Below, one piece after another: positions 19,080-29,459 of a stretch of 64,000 nucleotides of DNA. The notes under the pieces were generated by a model. It searched no databases. It was not told the DNA's origin and saw nothing but the letters and a program-made list of their open reading frames with translations. Source of the stretch: Paracoccaceae bacterium (lineage in GTDB: Bacteria > Pseudomonadota > Alphaproteobacteria > Rhodobacterales > Rhodobacteraceae); assembly GCA_050633545.1 (NCBI GenBank), contig JBOEGS010000006.1, positions 251,926 through 315,925 on the forward strand, written 5' to 3'. The position numbers and the translations under genes were made by a program. The number at the start of each line of letters is the position of its first letter. The stretch's first letter is position 1.

Positions 19080-19153
19080 TGGAGCGGGTAGCGGGAATCG
19101 AACCCGCACCTTAAGCTTGGGAAGCTCGCATGATACCATTTCACCATACCCGC
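19080..19153 (-). tRNA. tRNA-Gly(CCC)
   Basis: GCGGGTATGGTGAAATGGTATCATGCGAGCTTCCCAAGCTTAAGGTGCGGGTTCGATTCCCGCTACCCGCTCCA: 74 nt, CCC anticodon, CCA end. TTGACG -35-like hexamer upstream near 19190. Confidence 0.95.
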
Positions 19154-19222
19154 GCTCTGGCGTTGGATTAGGCCGCACGGGCAGGGGCGTCAAGAGCGAT
19201 TGCGCGGCGGCAGGTTCAACGG

Positions 19223-19300
19223 GCCGATGTTCACGGTGCCGCGAAGGTCGGCTTCGAGCCCAAAGTTCCGGACTCGCTGCGCAGTGGCGAATGTCGGTTT
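19223..19300. repeat. Two tandem degenerate palindromic repeats at the left edge of the metal cassette
   Basis: gccgatgttc-acggtgccgc-gaaggtcggc(ttcgagccc) and ccggactcgc-tgcgcagtg-gcgaatgtcgg(tttc). Confidence 0.55.
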
Positions 19301-19329
19301 CCGGTTCGCACGTCAGCTTTTCCGCCAGA

Positions 19330-20181
19330 TCACTCGGTTTCTGACAGATCACTCCGCGCATCCCGGATGATCATCCATGACGAATGCAGGAACAGCCCTG
19401 CGATGGCGAAAGCAACGATGAGGTCAGGCCAGGCACTGCCGAGCCAGGCGACCAGTCCGGCAGCGATCACCACGGCGAGGTTGCCGATGGCGTCGTTCCG
19501 GGAGAACAGCCATACGGCCCGCATGTTGGCGTCGCCCTTGCGGTGTTTTAGCAGCGGCAGCACCGCAAGAATGTTTACGATCAGCGCGCCCACGGCGAAG
19601 GCTCCCATTAACCCGGCCTCTGGTGTCGTCTGATTCAGGACACGCCAGATTGTGCTGCCGACAACGCCAAGCCCCAGAAATCCCAAGAACACGCCCTGGA
19701 TCATCGCCGACCGCGCCCGCCATGTCAGACTCCAACCGATAGCGAGCAGGCCCAGAAAGGTGATTGCGCCGTCGCCCAAAAAATCCAGGGCATCTGCTTT
19801 CAAAGCTTGCGATCCGGACAGGAACCCGCCGAACATCTCGATCACCCCGTAGCCGAGATTGAGCAGGACCACGATCCAGAGCGCGCGGCGATAGCTCGGG
19901 TCTTTGTAAGCCGGATCGGACGATGTATCCCCGCTCTTGATCAGCTCAAAGCCATAGCCGGTTGCGTCCAGTGCTGGACGCACTTTCGGCAAGTCGTCTT
20001 CGGCGATCCGCAATGTCATGACATGGGTTGCGGCAGACACCTTCACATCGCCTTCAGCCACGCCCGCAGACCGAGCGGCCCGTTCGATCTCGGCGGCATC
20101 CTTGGCGCAGTCCATGCCATGCACCCGCATCCGGATCGGCAAAGACGTTGTAGGCAACGTGGTGTTATCTGCTCGGCTCAT
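19330..20181 (-). CDS. Cation (CDF-type) transporter with N-terminal HMA-like domain
   Basis: RVHGMDCAKD HMA-like motif; SQALKADALDF and MRAVWLFSRNDAIGN CDF transmembrane motifs; no C-terminal cytoplasmic domain. Confidence 0.88.
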   Translation of the reverse strand: MSRADNTTLPTTSLPIRMRVHGMDCAKDAAEIERAARSAGVAEGDVKVSAATHVMTLRIAEDDLPKVRPALDATGYGFELIKSGDTSSDPAYKDPSYRRALWIVVLLNLGYGVIEMFGGFLSGSQALKADALDFLGDGAITFLGLLAIGWSLTWRARSAMIQGVFLGFLGLGVVGSTIWRVLNQTTPEAGLMGAFAVGALIVNILAVLPLLKHRKGDANMRAVWLFSRNDAIGNLAVVIAAGLVAWLGSAWPDLIVAFAIAGLFLHSSWMIIRDARSDLSETE

Positions 20182-20227
20182 ATGCGATCCTCTTGAAGGT
20201 AGCGTGCGAAAGAAGTCGCCGCTAACG

Positions 20228-20245
20228 TATCAGTGGATAATGATA
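20228..20245. promoter_or_regulatory. Putative ArsR/SmtB operator in the divergent promoter
   Basis: Inverted repeat TATCA-GTGGATAA-TGATA between the transporter and regulator starts. Confidence 0.5.
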
Positions 20246-20595
20246 TGACATTGCAAAACATTCAAGACGATCTTTCGGCAGCTGACACCCTTGAGCCGCG
20301 GGCAAAGCTCTTCCGGGGTCTCGGCGACCCCAGCCGTCTTGCGATCCTCGATGCGCTACTGTCGGACGAACGCAGCGTGCAGGAAATCGTTACCCAAACA
20401 GGGCTTGGTCAGCCCAATGTCTCGAACCATCTGCGCTGCCTTTTGGATTGCGGTCTGGTCAGTCGCAGGAACGAAGGTCGGTTCGTCCGGTATCGCCTTG
20501 CGGACAGGCGGATCGCTGATCTCATCCGCGACGCAGATCAACTACTTGCCTCGACAGCCGTAGGGGTCGATGCCTGCCGAAGCTATACGGATTAA
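20245..20595 (+). CDS. ArsR/SmtB metalloregulator, CmtR-like
   Basis: FRGLGDPSRLAIL; SNHLRCLLDCGLV (CxxxC in helix 4) plus a C-terminal Cys, the CmtR ligand pattern. Confidence 0.88.
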   Translation: MTLQNIQDDLSAADTLEPRAKLFRGLGDPSRLAILDALLSDERSVQEIVTQTGLGQPNVSNHLRCLLDCGLVSRRNEGRFVRYRLADRRIADLIRDADQLLASTAVGVDACRSYTD

Positions 20596-20637
20596 CCGAC
20601 GTGTCCTGCTGCAATGTTCTATTGGTGCGCCAGGCCT

Positions 20638-20682
20638 AAAGCAGCCATTTGCGCAGCCGCAGCAAAATGGCGCTTTGTCCGC
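20638..20682. repeat. Palindromic repeat at the right edge of the metal cassette
   Basis: aaagcagccattt-gcgcagccgcagca-aaatggcgcttt(gtccgc): hairpin with one unpaired base, related to the left-edge repeats. Confidence 0.6.
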
Positions 20683-20732
20683 AAAACAGCGCTAGCGTGC
20701 ACGATGCCATAAGGTGCTGCGATAGGCCCGCG

Positions 20733-22784
20733 TTACTTTGCGCGTCTGCGCCGCCGTCCGGCGCCCTCGCCATCGCGGCCGCCGCTGTTGAAGCTGACCT
20801 GCGGAAGGGGCGGCAGATGCGGGTAGGGCGCGGTGGCATGGGGGATCGCGTTGGCGGCGACGAAATGCTCTTGGAAGCGTGGCTCGATGGCGGTTTCGAC
20901 CTTGGTGATGCGGTGCACCAAGGCTTCGACCTCGGCGCGCGCGGCCAGCGAGCACAGCGCAATGCGCGCGCCTGTGCCTGCGGCATTGCCTGCCGATGTG
21001 ACCTTCTCCAAGGGCGCATCGGGGATCATGCCGAGGATCATCGCGTGTTTGGGCGAGATATGCGCGCCAAAGGCCCCCGCCAGCACGACGCGATCCACCT
21101 GATCGACGCCGATCTCGTCCATCAACAGACGCGCACCGGCATAGAGCGCCGATTTGGCCAGTTGGATGGCGCGAATGTCGCCTTGGGTCACGGTGATGCG
21201 CGGGCCGCCCTCCTGCGAGCCGTCATAGATCAGATATTCATGGGTGCGCCCCGTGGGGATACAGCGCTCGGTGCCGGTTTGCGCGGGGCTGCCGATCAGG
21301 CCCGCCGCATCGACCAGACCCGCAAGGCGCATTTCGGCTACGGCCTCGATGATGCCGGAGCCGCAAATGCCGGTGATGCCGGTGGCGGCGGTGGCCTCGG
21401 CAAAGCCCGCCTCATCGGACCACAGCGCGCAGCCGATCACCGAAAACCGCGGCTCTTTGGTGAGCGGATCAATCGCGACGCGTTCGATCGCACCCGGTGC
21501 GGCGCGCTGGCCCGACGAGATTTGCGCGCCCTCGAAGGCGGGGCCGGTGGGCGAGGAGCAGGCCAGCACGCGATTTTTGTCGCCAAGCAGGATTTCGGCA
21601 TTGGTCCCCACATCAACAATGAGCGCCAAGTCCTTGGATTTATGCGGCTCTTCGGAAAGCGCCACAGCGGCCGCATCGGCCCCGACATGGCCCGCAATAC
21701 AGGGCAGGATATAGAGCTGCGCGCGCGGGTTCAGCCCGCGCATCTCGACATCCGAGGCGCTCAGGTTCAGCGCATCCGAGGTGGTCAGCGCAAAGGGCGC
21801 CTGACCCAGTTCGGTCGGATCAATGCCCAGCAACAGATGGTGCATCACCGGATTGCACACGATCACCGCCTCGGTGACCAGCGCCGGATCAACCGCGCCT
21901 TGGGCGATGATCTCGGCGGCCAGCGCCGAGAGGGCCTCGCGCACGGCAGCGGTCATTTCGGCGGCGCCGGTGGGGTTCATCATCGCGTAGGACACGCGAC
22001 TCATCAGGTCTTCGCCAAAGCGGATTTGCGGGTTCATTACGCCCGAAGAGGCAATCACGCGCCCGTCCTCAAGGCTGCACAGATGCGCGGCGATGGTGGT
22101 GGAGCCAAGGTCGATGGCAAGCCCGTAAAGCCCGCCTTCGGGCAGATCGGCAAAGACATCGATCAAGGTCGGGGCGGCGCTTGCGGCGCAGGTATGCAGC
22201 GCGGCGGTGACCTGCCATTTGCCTTTACGCAGCACCGCTTGGAGGCGCGGCAAGAGCGAGGGCGCACATGAAATACGCTCGATATCCCATTGCTCTTGCA
22301 GCGCTTTTTCGACGCGTTGCAAATCGCCTGTGGGGTCGTGCATATCCGGTTCGGCCACGTCGATCACATAGAGCCGCGTGGCGGGGTCCATGATGATATC
22401 GCGCGCGGCGGCCTCTTTGCGCACCACTTGTTTGTGCACTTGGCTCTCGGCGGGCACGTCGATGACCACATCGCCTTGGATCGTGGCCTGACATCCCAAA
22501 CGGCGGCCTTCTTTGAGGCCGCGTTTGTCGTCATAGCGTTGCTCGACCGCATTGAAGGGCGAGAGCGCCTCGGGCCGCGAGGTCAGCCCGTGTTTGGAAA
22601 ACGCGCCAAAGCTGGGCTGGATCTGGCATTTGGAGCAAATGCCCCGCCCGCCGCAGACGCTGTCGAGATCGACGCCCAATTGCCGCGCGGCGGTCAGAAC
22701 CGGCGTGCCGGCGGCGAAATGCCCGCGTTTGCCCGAAGGCATGAAAATCACAAGTGGGTCTTTTGCTGCGGTATCGGGTGTCAT
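20733..22784 (-). CDS. ASKHA/DUF4445 2Fe-2S ATP-dependent corrinoid reductive activator (RamA/RACo-like)
   Basis: N-terminal CGGRGICSKC...RLGCQ ferredoxin; DLGSTT, DVGTNAE, GPAFEG, GICGSG, LAGAFG and GNAA motifs. Confidence 0.9.
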   Translation of the reverse strand: MTPDTAAKDPLVIFMPSGKRGHFAAGTPVLTAARQLGVDLDSVCGGRGICSKCQIQPSFGAFSKHGLTSRPEALSPFNAVEQRYDDKRGLKEGRRLGCQATIQGDVVIDVPAESQVHKQVVRKEAAARDIIMDPATRLYVIDVAEPDMHDPTGDLQRVEKALQEQWDIERISCAPSLLPRLQAVLRKGKWQVTAALHTCAASAAPTLIDVFADLPEGGLYGLAIDLGSTTIAAHLCSLEDGRVIASSGVMNPQIRFGEDLMSRVSYAMMNPTGAAEMTAAVREALSALAAEIIAQGAVDPALVTEAVIVCNPVMHHLLLGIDPTELGQAPFALTTSDALNLSASDVEMRGLNPRAQLYILPCIAGHVGADAAAVALSEEPHKSKDLALIVDVGTNAEILLGDKNRVLACSSPTGPAFEGAQISSGQRAAPGAIERVAIDPLTKEPRFSVIGCALWSDEAGFAEATAATGITGICGSGIIEAVAEMRLAGLVDAAGLIGSPAQTGTERCIPTGRTHEYLIYDGSQEGGPRITVTQGDIRAIQLAKSALYAGARLLMDEIGVDQVDRVVLAGAFGAHISPKHAMILGMIPDAPLEKVTSAGNAAGTGARIALCSLAARAEVEALVHRITKVETAIEPRFQEHFVAANAIPHATAPYPHLPPLPQVSFNSGGRDGEGAGRRRRRAK

Positions 22785-22884
22785 GCTTGGCGTCCTTGTT
22801 GCGCGGCCTAGCATATGGCGCAATTTGCGCCGCGAATGAAGGGGGGCGGCGTAAATTTGCGGTTTTGCGGCATTGTGGCGGGTT

Positions 22885-24090
22885 CTAGCCGGTGCGGCGC
22901 GCCAGCCATTGCAAGATCGCATCGCGGTTCGCATCCAGATCAGGCGCGGGGGGGCGGGTCGCCGGATCGGGCACATCGCTGATTTTGATCGGGTTTCCGG
23001 CGGAGCGATAGGCGGGTTTGCCCTCTTGGTCCAACACATCCACCATCATGTTGCGCGCAAGGATTTGCGGGTCTTGCATGGCTTCGGCGACATTCTGGAT
23101 CGGGCCTGTGGGCACGCCTGCGGCGGCCAGAGTTTCGATCCAATGGGATTTGGGCGCGCCCAAGGTCACGGCCTCGATCAACCGTTTCAACAGCCGCGCG
23201 TTCTCGCAGCGCGCCGGATTGGTGGCAAATCGCGGATCGGTCGCAAGGGGCAGGTCGAGCGCGGCGCAAAGCTTGGCAAAAAGCGCATCATTGCCCGCCG
23301 CGATCACGAACAGCCCGTCCGAGGCGTGGAAGGTTTCAAAGGGGGTGATCGACGGGTGGCGCGCGCCCGAGGGCGCAGGCGGCGTGCCGGTGACCGAGGT
23401 GAGCGCCACGGCATGTTCCAAAATCGCAAGTTGGCTGTCGAGCATGGCCACGTCGATCTTGCGGCCCTTGCCTGTCTCGCGGCGCTCAAGCGCGGCGGCC
23501 AAGACCCCCTGCACCAGATACATCCCCGCGATGATGTCCCCGATCGAGGCGCCGACGCGCACCGGTTCGCGGTCTTTCTCGCCGGTGATGCTCATAACCC
23601 CGCCGCGCGCTTGGACCACCATGTCATAGGCAGGGCGCAAGGCGTCGGGGCCAGTGTGGCCAAAGCCCGAGACCGCGCCGTAAATGAGCGCCGGATAGAC
23701 GGCGTGCAGCGCCTCCCAGCCATAGCCGAGCCGCTCCATCACGCCGGGGCGGTAGTTTTCGAGCACGATATCGGCGCGGGCCAGAAGACGCTCGAATATC
23801 GCGCGATCCTCGGGCGATTTGAGGTTCAGCGCGATTGAGGATTTGCCGTGATTGATGGCGGCGAAATAGGCGCTTTTGCCGTCCTTGAAGGGCGGGAAGG
23901 CGCGGGTGTCATCGCCGCCTTCGGGCGGTTCGACCTTGATCACCGTGGCGCCCAGATCGGCCAGCGTCATCGAGGCAAAAGGCCCCGCCAGAACATGGGT
24001 GAGGTCGATCACCACCATGCCCGACAGGGGGCCGGATGCGGCGGCGGGCAGGGGGAATTGATCGGCGGCGGTGCAGGGTTCAAGGCTCAT
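22885..24090 (-). CDS. CaiB/BaiF class III CoA-transferase
   Basis: PLSG..VIDLTHVLAGP, VIKVEPP.GGDDTR, ENYRPG and AYDMVVQA motifs. Confidence 0.92.
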   Translation of the reverse strand: MSLEPCTAADQFPLPAAASGPLSGMVVIDLTHVLAGPFASMTLADLGATVIKVEPPEGGDDTRAFPPFKDGKSAYFAAINHGKSSIALNLKSPEDRAIFERLLARADIVLENYRPGVMERLGYGWEALHAVYPALIYGAVSGFGHTGPDALRPAYDMVVQARGGVMSITGEKDREPVRVGASIGDIIAGMYLVQGVLAAALERRETGKGRKIDVAMLDSQLAILEHAVALTSVTGTPPAPSGARHPSITPFETFHASDGLFVIAAGNDALFAKLCAALDLPLATDPRFATNPARCENARLLKRLIEAVTLGAPKSHWIETLAAAGVPTGPIQNVAEAMQDPQILARNMMVDVLDQEGKPAYRSAGNPIKISDVPDPATRPPAPDLDANRDAILQWLARRTG

Positions 24091-24260
24091 CGGGTCATCC
24101 TGTTGCTGGCGCAGGGCGCAAAGAGGGGGCAGCGCCAGACTAGCGCGCGCGCCGCCCCATGGCCGTGACACAGATCAAGCTTTGCCTCAAGCGCGGTGCG
24201 CTAGATATGGTGGGGGCGTGCGAATTAAGGGCTTTCCCTGCGGGCACATTAATGCAATAG

Positions 24261-25745
<1,485 letters not shown>

Positions 25746-25765
25746 GCCCCGATCCGCAGCAAAAC

Positions 25766-25790
25766 GGGCCGCCTCGCGCGGCCCTTTTCT
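25766..25790 (+). terminator. Terminator after guaB
   Basis: gggccgc-ctcgc-gcggccc-ttttct. Confidence 0.65.
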
Positions 25791-25804
25791 TTGAAGGAAG
25801 ACCC

Positions 25805-26974
25805 ATGACCCCAGCCGCCCGCGTGCAAGCCGCTATCGAGATTTTCGACGCTATTTTGGACGGTGTGCCTGCGGAAAAGGCTTTGCTGGGCTGGTCGCGC
25901 CGCTCGCGTTTTGCGGGCAGCAAGGATCGCGCCGCCGTGCGCGACCATGTGTTTGATGCGCTGCGCGCGCGCCGCTCTTTTGCGGCGCTTGGAGGGGCTG
26001 ACACGGGGCGCGCGATCATGCTTGGCATGGTGCGCGCGCAAGGCATGGACGCGTCCGGGGTTTTCTCGGGAATTGGCCATGCGCCCGCACCGCTGAGCGC
26101 CGAAGAACAGGCCGCAGGCGAGGCTCCGCAAAGCGACGGCGCGCGGATGGATTTGCCCGACTGGCTGGTGCCGCTGTGGACGGCGTCTTTGGGTGTCGAG
26201 GCGCAGGCCGCTGCCGAGGCCTCGCGCCGCCGTGCACCGGTGTTTTTGCGCGCCAACCTGCTCAAGACCACGCGCGCGCAGGCGGCGCAGGCGCTGGCAG
26301 GCGAGGGGATCGAGACCGCGCCGCACGAGATTTCGCCCACGGCGCTTCTGGTCACCCATGGCGCGCGCCGCGTGGCGCAATCGCGGGCCTATCTTGACGG
26401 GTTGGTGGAGCTGCAGGACGGGGCCAGCCAAGCGGTGATCGACGCGCTGGACGGCGCCGCGCCCCTGCGCATCTTGGATTATTGCGCGGGCGGCGGCGGC
26501 AAATCCTTGGCGCTGGCTGCGGCCTTTCCAAAGGCGCAGGTCTTTGCCCATGATATTGCGCCCGCGCGGATGAACGACCTGCCCGATCGGGCCGAGCGGG
26601 CGGGGGCCAAGGTCACGCTTTTGGAGCCGCAGGATCTGGCACAGGCTGTGCCCTTCGATCTGGTGCTTTGCGATGCGCCCTGTTCGGGATCGGGCGCATG
26701 GCGGCGCGCGCCCGAAGGCAAATGGGCGCTGAGCGAGGAACGGTTTGCGGATTTGCTGGCGCTTCAGGCCGAGATATTGGACGCGGCGGCGGATTTGGTC
26801 GCGCCGCAGGGGCTTTTGGCCTATGCGACCTGTTCGGTTCTGGAGCCGGAAAACGGCGCGCAGGTGGGTGGATTTATCGCGCGCCATCCGGCGTGGACGG
26901 CCCATTTGCAACGCGGTTGGAGCCTTGCGCAGGGCGGCGACGGGTTTTTCACGGCGCATCTGCGGCGGGGCTGA
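25805..26974 (+). CDS. RsmB/NOP family RNA m5C methyltransferase
   Basis: MTPAAR start, ELQDGASQ, DYCAGGGGK, DAPCSGSG and YATCS motifs. Confidence 0.9.
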   Translation: MTPAARVQAAIEIFDAILDGVPAEKALLGWSRRSRFAGSKDRAAVRDHVFDALRARRSFAALGGADTGRAIMLGMVRAQGMDASGVFSGIGHAPAPLSAEEQAAGEAPQSDGARMDLPDWLVPLWTASLGVEAQAAAEASRRRAPVFLRANLLKTTRAQAAQALAGEGIETAPHEISPTALLVTHGARRVAQSRAYLDGLVELQDGASQAVIDALDGAAPLRILDYCAGGGGKSLALAAAFPKAQVFAHDIAPARMNDLPDRAERAGAKVTLLEPQDLAQAVPFDLVLCDAPCSGSGAWRRAPEGKWALSEERFADLLALQAEILDAAADLVAPQGLLAYATCSVLEPENGAQVGGFIARHPAWTAHLQRGWSLAQGGDGFFTAHLRRG

Positions 26975-27039
26975 TCCGCGCGGCCAAGCCTCACTTTGCA
27001 CAATCTATGAGTGTTTTGCCGCGAGGGGTTTCCCTATAT

Positions 27040-27054
27040 TTAAGGTCTCGTTAA
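27040..27054. promoter_or_regulatory. CtrA binding site upstream of cckA
   Basis: TTAA-GGTCTCG-TTAA, exact TTAA-N7-TTAA. Confidence 0.75.
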
Positions 27055-27107
27055 GGTTTTTTAGCTCCTAATGCATCGGAGCAGAATCGCACGATGGGAC
27101 AGCAATC

Positions 27108-29441
27108 TTGGCCTTTACCGCACTTACACCCGGTCCGATGACACGGGCCTCCGCAAGGATAAAACCGCGTATCGCGGTTTTGTTGTTCATGGCGCTGTTC
27201 TTTGCAGGGGCCTCATTTTTACTCTCTAACCCGATGATGCAAAAGGGATTTGCGCTGATCGCGGTCAGCCTGTTTTCGCTGTGTCTGGTGATTGCCGTGA
27301 TCTCGGCATGGAATTCGCGCGGGCGCAAAGGCGCCTATGATACGATCGCCGGATTTGTCGAACATGATGCAGCGGCCAGCTTTGTCACCGACAAGGACGG
27401 CGCGATCATGCATCGCAATGCGGCGGCGCAGGCGCGGTTTGACGCCCATGACGCGCCCACATTGGCCGGTGTGCTATCGGATATTTTCGGCAATCCCGGT
27501 GCGGTGCTTTTCCGGTTGCAAACCCGCGCGCAAGCGGGCGGCGCTGCGCGCGAGGATGTGGTGACGCGCAAGGGGCATGTGCGCCTTGGCGTGCATGTGG
27601 TTGGCGACAACAGCTTTTTGTGGCGGCTCGAGGAAATGGGTGAACGCGCGCCCAGCACCCGCCCCGCCGAAACCTTTAGCCTTCCGATGCTGACCGTGGG
27701 GCGCAATGACGCGATCTTGTTCATGAATGACGCCGCGCGGCGGTTGGTCGGCGAGCGCTCCAAATCGCTCGACCGCGTGTTTTGCGAACTTCCGGTGCGG
27801 CGCGGGCGGATCAATGATGTCGCCACGGCGGACGGGGTTGTGCCCTGCCTTGTGACCGAGGTCGAGGCCAGCGCGGGGCGGCGCGAGTTGATCTTGCTTC
27901 CGGGCGCAGAGATCGAACAAGACACCCATGGCACCGGATGGAGCTTTATCGAAGAATTGCCCGTGCCCTTGCTCAAAATCGCTCATTCGGGCGAGGTGCA
28001 ATTGTCAAACCGTCAGGCGCGCCAGCTTTTGGGGATCCAAAGCAGCAACGGGCTGTTGATGTCCAACCTCATGGAGGGGTTGGGCCGGTCGATTTCCGAA
28101 TGGCTGCGCGAGGCCGCCGCAGGGCGCGGATTGCAGCATAGCGAATTTTTGCGGGTGATCCGCGAGGACAAAGAGGTCTTTGTGCAGGTCACGCTCAAGC
28201 GCATCACCGACGGTGGCGAGCCGGCCTTGATCGCGGTGCTCAACGATGCGACCGAATTGAAAACCCTCGAAGCGCAATTTGTGCAAAGTCAGAAAATGCA
28301 GGCGATTGGCCAATTGGCGGGCGGCGTGGCGCATGATTTCAACAACCTTCTGACCGCGATTTCCGGCCATTGTGACCTGTTGCTGCTGCGCCATGATCAA
28401 GGCGATACGGATTACGCCGATCTGGTCCAGATCAACCAGAACGCCAACCGCGCCGCGGCGTTGGTCGGGCAGCTTCTGGCCTTCTCGCGTAAACAGACCC
28501 TACGCCCCGAGACGCTTGATCTGCGCGACACATTGTCGGATTTGACCCATCTGTTGAACCGGTTGGTGGGCGAGCGTGTGACGCTCACCTTGATCCACGA
28601 TCCGGTGCTGCGCTCGATCCGCGCTGACAAACGGCAGTTGGAGCAGGTCTTGATGAACCTCGTGGTGAACGCCCGTGATGCGATGCCCGATGGCGGAGAA
28701 ATTCGCATCGAGACCTCTTCGAAAACCTTTGACACGCCGATGGACCGCGACCGCGCCGTTGTGCCGCCCGGGGATTATGTTTCGGTGACTGTCGTGGACC
28801 AAGGCATCGGGATTCCGGCGGACAAGTTGCAAAAAGTGTTCGAGCCCTTCTACACCACCAAACGCACCGGCGAGGGCACCGGATTGGGCCTGTCGACGGC
28901 TTATGGCATTATCAAGCAAACTGGTGGCTTCATCTTTGCCGACAGCACGCCCGGCGAGGGGACGACCTTTACCCTGCTTTTGCCAGTGAACGACGAAGCG
29001 CCGATGCCGCAGGCCGTGCCAAAGGCCGAAGCAGCACGCGCCGAAGAGACCGAAGCCGCCGATGGGGTGGTTCTCTTGGTCGAGGACGAGGCGCCGGTGC
29101 GCGCCTTTGCCTCGCGCGCGCTCAAGATGCGCGGCTTTACCGTGCTTGAGGCCGACTCGGCCGAGGAAGCGCTCAAAGTGCTCGAAGAGGCGGATTTGCG
29201 GGTCGATGTTTTCGTGACCGATGTGGTGATGCCCGGAATGGACGGGCCGACATGGGTGCGCGAGGCGCTCAAAGCACGCCCCGATGTGCGGGTTGTGTTT
29301 GTGTCGGGCTATGCCGAGGAAAGCTTTGGCGACAACCAAAAGCGGATCACGAATTCGGTGTTCTTGCCCAAACCCTTCTCGCTCACCGAATTGACCGAAA
29401 CGGTGCAGCGCCAAATGATGATCGATCCGCGCGCGGCCTAG
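27108..29441 (+). CDS. cckA: Hybrid sensor histidine kinase CckA
   Basis: 2 TM, PAS-like regions, QSQKMQAIGQLAGGVAHDFNNLLT H-box, HATPase and receiver domain; position just before recA. Start uncertain (27108 TTG or 27138 ATG). Confidence 0.9.
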   Translation: MAFTALTPGPMTRASARIKPRIAVLLFMALFFAGASFLLSNPMMQKGFALIAVSLFSLCLVIAVISAWNSRGRKGAYDTIAGFVEHDAAASFVTDKDGAIMHRNAAAQARFDAHDAPTLAGVLSDIFGNPGAVLFRLQTRAQAGGAAREDVVTRKGHVRLGVHVVGDNSFLWRLEEMGERAPSTRPAETFSLPMLTVGRNDAILFMNDAARRLVGERSKSLDRVFCELPVRRGRINDVATADGVVPCLVTEVEASAGRRELILLPGAEIEQDTHGTGWSFIEELPVPLLKIAHSGEVQLSNRQARQLLGIQSSNGLLMSNLMEGLGRSISEWLREAAAGRGLQHSEFLRVIREDKEVFVQVTLKRITDGGEPALIAVLNDATELKTLEAQFVQSQKMQAIGQLAGGVAHDFNNLLTAISGHCDLLLLRHDQGDTDYADLVQINQNANRAAALVGQLLAFSRKQTLRPETLDLRDTLSDLTHLLNRLVGERVTLTLIHDPVLRSIRADKRQLEQVLMNLVVNARDAMPDGGEIRIETSSKTFDTPMDRDRAVVPPGDYVSVTVVDQGIGIPADKLQKVFEPFYTTKRTGEGTGLGLSTAYGIIKQTGGFIFADSTPGEGTTFTLLLPVNDEAPMPQAVPKAEAARAEETEAADGVVLLVEDEAPVRAFASRALKMRGFTVLEADSAEEALKVLEEADLRVDVFVTDVVMPGMDGPTWVREALKARPDVRVVFVSGYAEESFGDNQKRITNSVFLPKPFSLTELTETVQRQMMIDPRAA

Positions 29442-29459
29442 GGTTCGGCAATCGGGGTG

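Noticed and set aside
19080-20682. Classical tRNA-targeted integrative element at tRNA-Gly
   Set aside because: The cassette lies on the 5' side of the tRNA, no duplicated tRNA 3' end was seen, and there is no integrase.
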